A stretch of 64,000 nucleotides of DNA, from the NCBI GenBank assembly GCA_964016885.1, contig OZ024740.1, positions 379,874,001 through 379,938,000 on the forward strand, given 5' to 3'. Under the pieces are notes generated by a model. It did no database searches, had not been told where the DNA came from, and worked only from the letters and a program-made list of their open reading frames with translations. Shown in pieces: positions 54,959 to 64,000 of the stretch (positions within the stretch are counted from its first letter, which is position 1; each line of letters starts with the position of its first letter). The position numbers and the translations under genes were made by a program. Source of the DNA: Eledone cirrhosa (taxonomy: Eukaryota).

Positions 54959-55613
54959 TCTAATAAAGAAATATATCTATTTGTCTACCTTTCTTCCTCT
55001 TTCTTACCATACCCCTCCCCCACGTCTCGCTCTCTCTTTATATCTCTTTATATATATATAGATATATGGGGGGGGGGGGTAGTGTACTTGAACAATTTAT
55101 ATGTAAAATCAATATAAAGTATTATTTCATTATTTTCCCACCTAATAATCCCTTTGATATTGACCATAATGGAATACAAAGCTACAAGACAAGTAATTTA
55201 ACCCACCATTTATTATATCATTTCAATGTTTTGTTAATTCCTCACTCCATACCTACTACACCACCAACCAAGGACGTTTTTATTTTCTTAAATAGAAGAA
55301 AACAGAAACATTCATTCAATTATAAAATAAAGAAAAAATATAGAAGATAAAATGCAAAAGTGGTAAACAAAAAGCCATCGACCCGGCTGAAAAAACTAAA
55401 TGAAACTATAAGCTTGTTTGTTACTTGTCCTCGCAAGTTTCTATTAATCGATGGCTTAAATCATTAGTAGTGGTTACTTTATCTTATACCATACAACACC
55501 AGCTGTTGTCCATATACAATATACTCTTAGAAAAAAATCTAGTTCAGTATGAACTATTTGTCTTGAGTAAAAAATGACCAACACGTTTCAGATGTTTAGC
55601 TCGCATTAAGACC

Positions 55614-55828
55614 AGTGGATTGGCTGATTCGGTAGAGCGTCGGACTACATGCTTTGCCGCATATAGTTACGTCATTTTACGTTCTGAATTTAAATCCTCC
55701 CGATGTTAGCTTTGCCTTTCGTCCTTACAGAGTCGATAAAATAAAATACCAGTAACGCTCTGGGGTCAATTTCATCGACTTTTTCTCCCAAGAAAATTGT
55801 TTGCTTTCTGCAAAATTCTGAAACCATA
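55614..55828 (+). mobile_element. SINE family A (diverged)
   Basis: Head and core are recognisable. Confidence 0.8.
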
Positions 55829-57183
55829 TTTATTAAGTAATTTATTATCTATATAACTCATATAATTTATTTTCCATATAACTCATATACAGTGTATATA
55901 TATATACAGTTCACGAACGCCTATCATCATGAATGATTTTTCTGGGCATAAAATGTCTAGGTTGACGGTCAGTGTCTCGAACAACGAACACGGAAGCCGG
56001 CGACAATGGTTGGCAACAACTTCGACTATCGGTGGGAAAGCGTCACTTGATGTGTAGTTAGTTACTATGGTAATATCTATCTGACTTTCACACACAGTCC
56101 CTTTCCCACCGTATTAAAGGGAATTAATGCTGTAAGAGAAGTGAAATAGCTGCAACTGCCGGTTGGAGCGGCAGCGTTTCTATTCTGTTGTGCTCACTGC
56201 TTGTGACGTATTAAGTCATTGGGTGATACTGGGATACGTCGTTTAGTGAAGCAATGACAAATCGATTGCAAAAAAAAGGTCACGCTATTTAATTTTACCA
56301 TTTAACATTAATCATGTATTCATATTTGTCCCATCTCTCAAAAGGGACAAACTATACTTTCACAATGTATTTACAAGAATAGTAGGACTTGACTAATGCA
56401 GGTAGGGTAAAATACAGTAAGGCAAACAATCAAGATTTCAGTGGGAAATCGGGCTATTTCCTTCATATTAGGTTTTATCAGAAACAAGGATAGTGTACCA
56501 AAAACGCTACCGAAACTGTTCAAGCCAAAAATATGCGCCAGAGAGTAGTGTTCGGCATAATCTGCAGACATCTGGTGAAAAGCAGTTCTGACAATGAAAC
56601 CTTAATAACGTGTGATTCATGTTCACAGAAATAAAATTATAATTTCTTGTTGAGCCTCAAGTCAACCTTGATGGATTAATGGAGTTCCAGATGTGACACT
56701 TCAATCTTTAAAGTGTTTATAAAGGAAACAATATCTTATATATCCTTTTGTTATTCGTGATGGGTATTCATTGACATATTTGGCTGCTATTCTGAGCAGG
56801 TCAAATGATACGAAACATAGAAGTTGAAAATGTAATTGGAGTCTTTCAGGAGGTTTATGGATCTGTCTTATCCTTTGATAATCATGGAGCTTGTGAAACC
56901 GTTAAAATCATAAATTATTGTAAATAAAACTTCTGAAAGACTTCAATTGCATTTCCCACTTCGTTTTTCCTATATATATATATATCCGGGGAGTGTAACT
57001 TGGAGTTACTGTAAGTTCACCCGGTGTGAGCACTCGATGTTTAGGTTCACTTCAGTGTCGAGGTGTAGAGCTAGACAGAGTGTACATATTTATTTATGAC
57101 ACTTTTCCTATTATTTCAAGCGTTAAAAATATATATTTCTTCATAGTACTGTGTAGTTTGCTTTGTTATTTCTGTACACACAC

Positions 57184-57236
<53 letters not shown>

Positions 57237-57395
57237 GAGAGAGTAGTATTTTGTTATGCCTTCGTTGCAGTACTGGTCATAATAATAATAATATTACAAG
57301 AGATGACGTCATGAATAGTCCTGATTTTTTTTTTTTTCGTGTCTGTCATTGCTAACTCTCCTCTAGTTTTCTATTTCTTCTTTAATTTTTCATTC

Positions 57396-57438
57396 TATTT
57401 TCTAATGAAGGACTAGCGTCCGAAACTAAGTGTAAAAT
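57396..57438 (+). ncRNA. Hammerhead motif with G5-to-A core mutation, in a partial tandem pLTR (57120-57175 / 57430-57484)
   Basis: TATTTT-CTAATGA-AGGAC-TAGC-GTCC-GAAAC-TAAGT-GTA-AAAT. The downstream ~55 bp is duplicated 310 bp upstream and ends in (TA)n. Confidence 0.6.
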
Positions 57439-57996
57439 TAATATATTTCTTAGCTGTAGTGTGCAGTTTGCTTTGTTATTTCTGCTTGCCTTTGACTATA
57501 TATATATATATTATATATATATATATACAGTACAACAGTGTATTATCACTCGTTCACTGACAGAATGCTAAACCCTTGGATATTTATACCAAATTTGTAC
57601 TATAATACATATAAAGTCCAATGATTAGATCGACAAATATTTGTCATAATGTCGGAAGAAGAAGAACAAAAATGCATTTGTGTAAAATATTAATTTTTTA
57701 TATTTTTTATTACAAACTTAAAAATAATCAACGATATTACCAAGACAAGGTTGACATGGAACTATTATTACATTTCACGATGCATCACACAGAATACGGC
57801 ATATTTGTTTAATCATTTTCTTTTTTCAAATCTAAACTTCGTGCTTTTCATTTTTTAAAACAATAAAAAAGTTTCAGAAAGAAGAAAGTTTTAGGCAAAA
57901 ATAACATGGACTGTAGAAAACATATTGTCATAGCATATATATTATGTTTTTGTATACATACATATAGATACATACATATTATAAACACACATATAC

Positions 57997-61490
<3,494 letters not shown>

Positions 61491-64000
61491 ACACCTCTCT
61501 CTATATATATATATGTTTGAGTATGTATGTATTTATGTGTATGTTGTGTATGTTGTGTATGTGTGTATGTAACCTGTCAGCTATGTTATAAAACTGAACA
61601 AGTCAGCTTTTAAGAGTCAATTAGAACTGGTATAAAAACATTAGTCAAGTTATATATTTCTGGTGAAAAAATACCCACAATTTATATATATTATATTATT
61701 TGCAAATTCCCCATAAAAAATGAAAGAAATCTGCCTAAAAATTATCCCCTATTAAAATTGGTCAAACTTTATACAATATACATGTAAAAGAAAAAATCCC
61801 CTTGCCGATACACATAAAGAGCAGAAAGGTCTGTTCAAAATTTAAGATAATTATATTGGTAATTACAGTAAATTATTAAAATTTTTATTTTGGTCTTATA
61901 TTAGATTTGTTTAATCAAAATTAGCTTAACTAAATTCTAGAGACCATTTCCGAAATTAGAAATATATTTATGTATGTGTGTACGTATGTATTATATGTAT
62001 ATATATTATATATATGTGTGTGTGTTTGTGTGTGTGTGTGTATCTAAATATAAACACACACCACACACTTATGTATATATTTAGTTTAGGAGATTTAATC
62101 TAAATAGATTTAGATTGCTGCTATCAGACTTAATGTAATATGTAGCTAGGCTGGTTACTCATTTTAAATGTCTCATTTACTTAGCTGACTCCACCCAGTA
62201 GCCATCACAGAACTTGTTGGTGGTTATGCATTAAAATAAACTTTAGTAGAGATTAAAATATATTAACTATTATGAAATTATATCAATCATAAGTATCATT
62301 GCACATCTCAAGAAAAATAGAGGAAACACAGACCCCACAATTTCAGGTCACCTAACAGTGAATAAAACCTATATGTTTTAGAGGTTTCTGCTACACAGAA
62401 ATTAGCTGCCTCAATCCATCTTGTGAGTGTTACATTCTGACATGCTCAGCATAAATAATCTTGAATCACCCTACTCTCATCTAATGCTTGAGGCTAGTTA
62501 TGTTAATATGCTTGACATAAAATGTCTGCAACTTTAAACAATCCATGTCTACATGACAGTATGTATATGTACTGAGGCTTAATGTTAAAAAAATATGAAA
62601 TTTATTTGTGCAAGTAGGGTTCCTAAATATTATTGTACATTATTTAAGCCATTTAAATGTGTCTGTATGTATATTTTTGTTTAGAGATTTCATGTCAATC
62701 TGCCTATATATCTGGAATTTGTGTGTGATGTATGGTGTGAGCATGTGACAACATCCATTTTCATGAAATGACACAAATATGATATCAAGTAGACAAATAG
62801 CTAGTGTGTGAAGTGTGGAGAGATTTATTGTAAAAATAGATATGTGTGTTTATGTATACTTTTTCTCTGCTTATGATTTCACATAAATTATCACATTAAT
62901 AATTAGTTGGCCTGTGAAAAATATTAAGATAGCTAAATAATTTCATTTAGCTATCTCTTTGATGTGTATTCTTGGGACATTTTTATTTTTCATATTTTTT
63001 AAAAATATTTTATAAAACAATCTAATTTAAGATACATTGTCAGCATTAGAAACAAAATTAAAACAAGAAAAAAAAAGACATTGATAAACTTAAGAGATCA
63101 GATAGAAATTAATAAAAAATAGAAGAGATAATCTCTGTAAAAATTGCCATCAGAAATTAAGCAACACTATATACATGCAGTTTGAAAATAACAAAATATT
63201 TTTTTTTGTCTCACAAGGTAAAAAATATTTTTAACCAATAATATTTTTGAAAAACAAACAAAACAACACCATAGCACTGAAATGGTTGCTATAATTAATT
63301 TTCTCATAAACGAACAATTAAGTTCTTCCTGAAACAATGATGAACTCATCAACTTTTCACTAATACTAATAAGTATTAAAATGTTAAGAAATAGATGTGA
63401 AAGTAGTTATTTGTTATGTACACTATTTTGATAAGCTTTCATTGTTTTTATCACTGGAAAACATTGGAATTCTGTCGAACAATTGACAGTATGCTCTTTA
63501 TTCTTTTTAAAATCATTATTGTTATTACTTCCATTATCAATGTTTCATGGTGAGTGCAAGTAGAATAGACGTTAGTTATCAGTGATCTATGCCTGAAATC
63601 CAGTTTTGATTCCTGGATGGAAATGCTTATATTACTTACAATGCTAATATTCTTGGGGAAAAGGTATAAATGTCACAACTTCCCAATTCCCCTCCCACTA
63701 AAAGATCAGGTTTCATGCTTATATGGAAAGCAATTATTTTTGTTAGTGTTTTGTGGAAAAGAGTGGTTTAAACTCTAACACATATGTCAGTATGAAAATA
63801 GAATTGACTTTTATCAAAAATGCTATTATATTTCTTCATATGTTATGTTACATGAATTTTGAAATTTTTTAGATATTATTCCACAAAATATATAGATGCC
63901 TAAAGATTTAGGCTGGATACCCAACGAAAATTTGCTATGGCACTGATCATATATCTTTAATGATATACTGATATAGGGCTAAATTTAAAAGCATTTAAAA

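Noticed and set aside
55929-56057. Short ORF MNDFSGHKMSRLTVSVSNNEHG...
   Set aside because: It is only 42 codons, with no recognisable motif or convincing splice structure.

Overview
This is AT-rich, microsatellite-dense animal DNA, not prokaryotic. The SINE families and abundant (TA)n/(TAGA)n arrays suggest an octopus-like cephalopod (inference). Most long ORFs in the track (YIYI, SLSL, CVCV) are microsatellite artefacts. Host coding signal is sparse: a minus-strand exon with a SPOP-like BACK domain (46-406) and a probable first coding exon with a signal anchor (44394-44510). The rest is mostly retroelements. These include a near-complete Penelope-like element (RT plus GIY-YIG, Naiad-type motifs) inserted in (TA)n, six fragments or mini-insertions of it, remnants of other Penelope-like families, a full-length RTE LINE pseudogene with a TSD, an RLE-type LINE end, a non-autonomous Helitron and many tRNA-derived SINEs. 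The main hidden layer is self-cleaving RNA. About a dozen type I hammerhead motifs from several unrelated families were found by eye. One is a variant family with a U3-A8 core (TTGANAA) and a ~55-nt stem II domain, whose predicted cleavage site coincides with an insertion junction at 53299. An HDV-like fold heads a 730-bp TSD-flanked non-autonomous RTE derivative. All folds were read manually, and none has been computed or tested.
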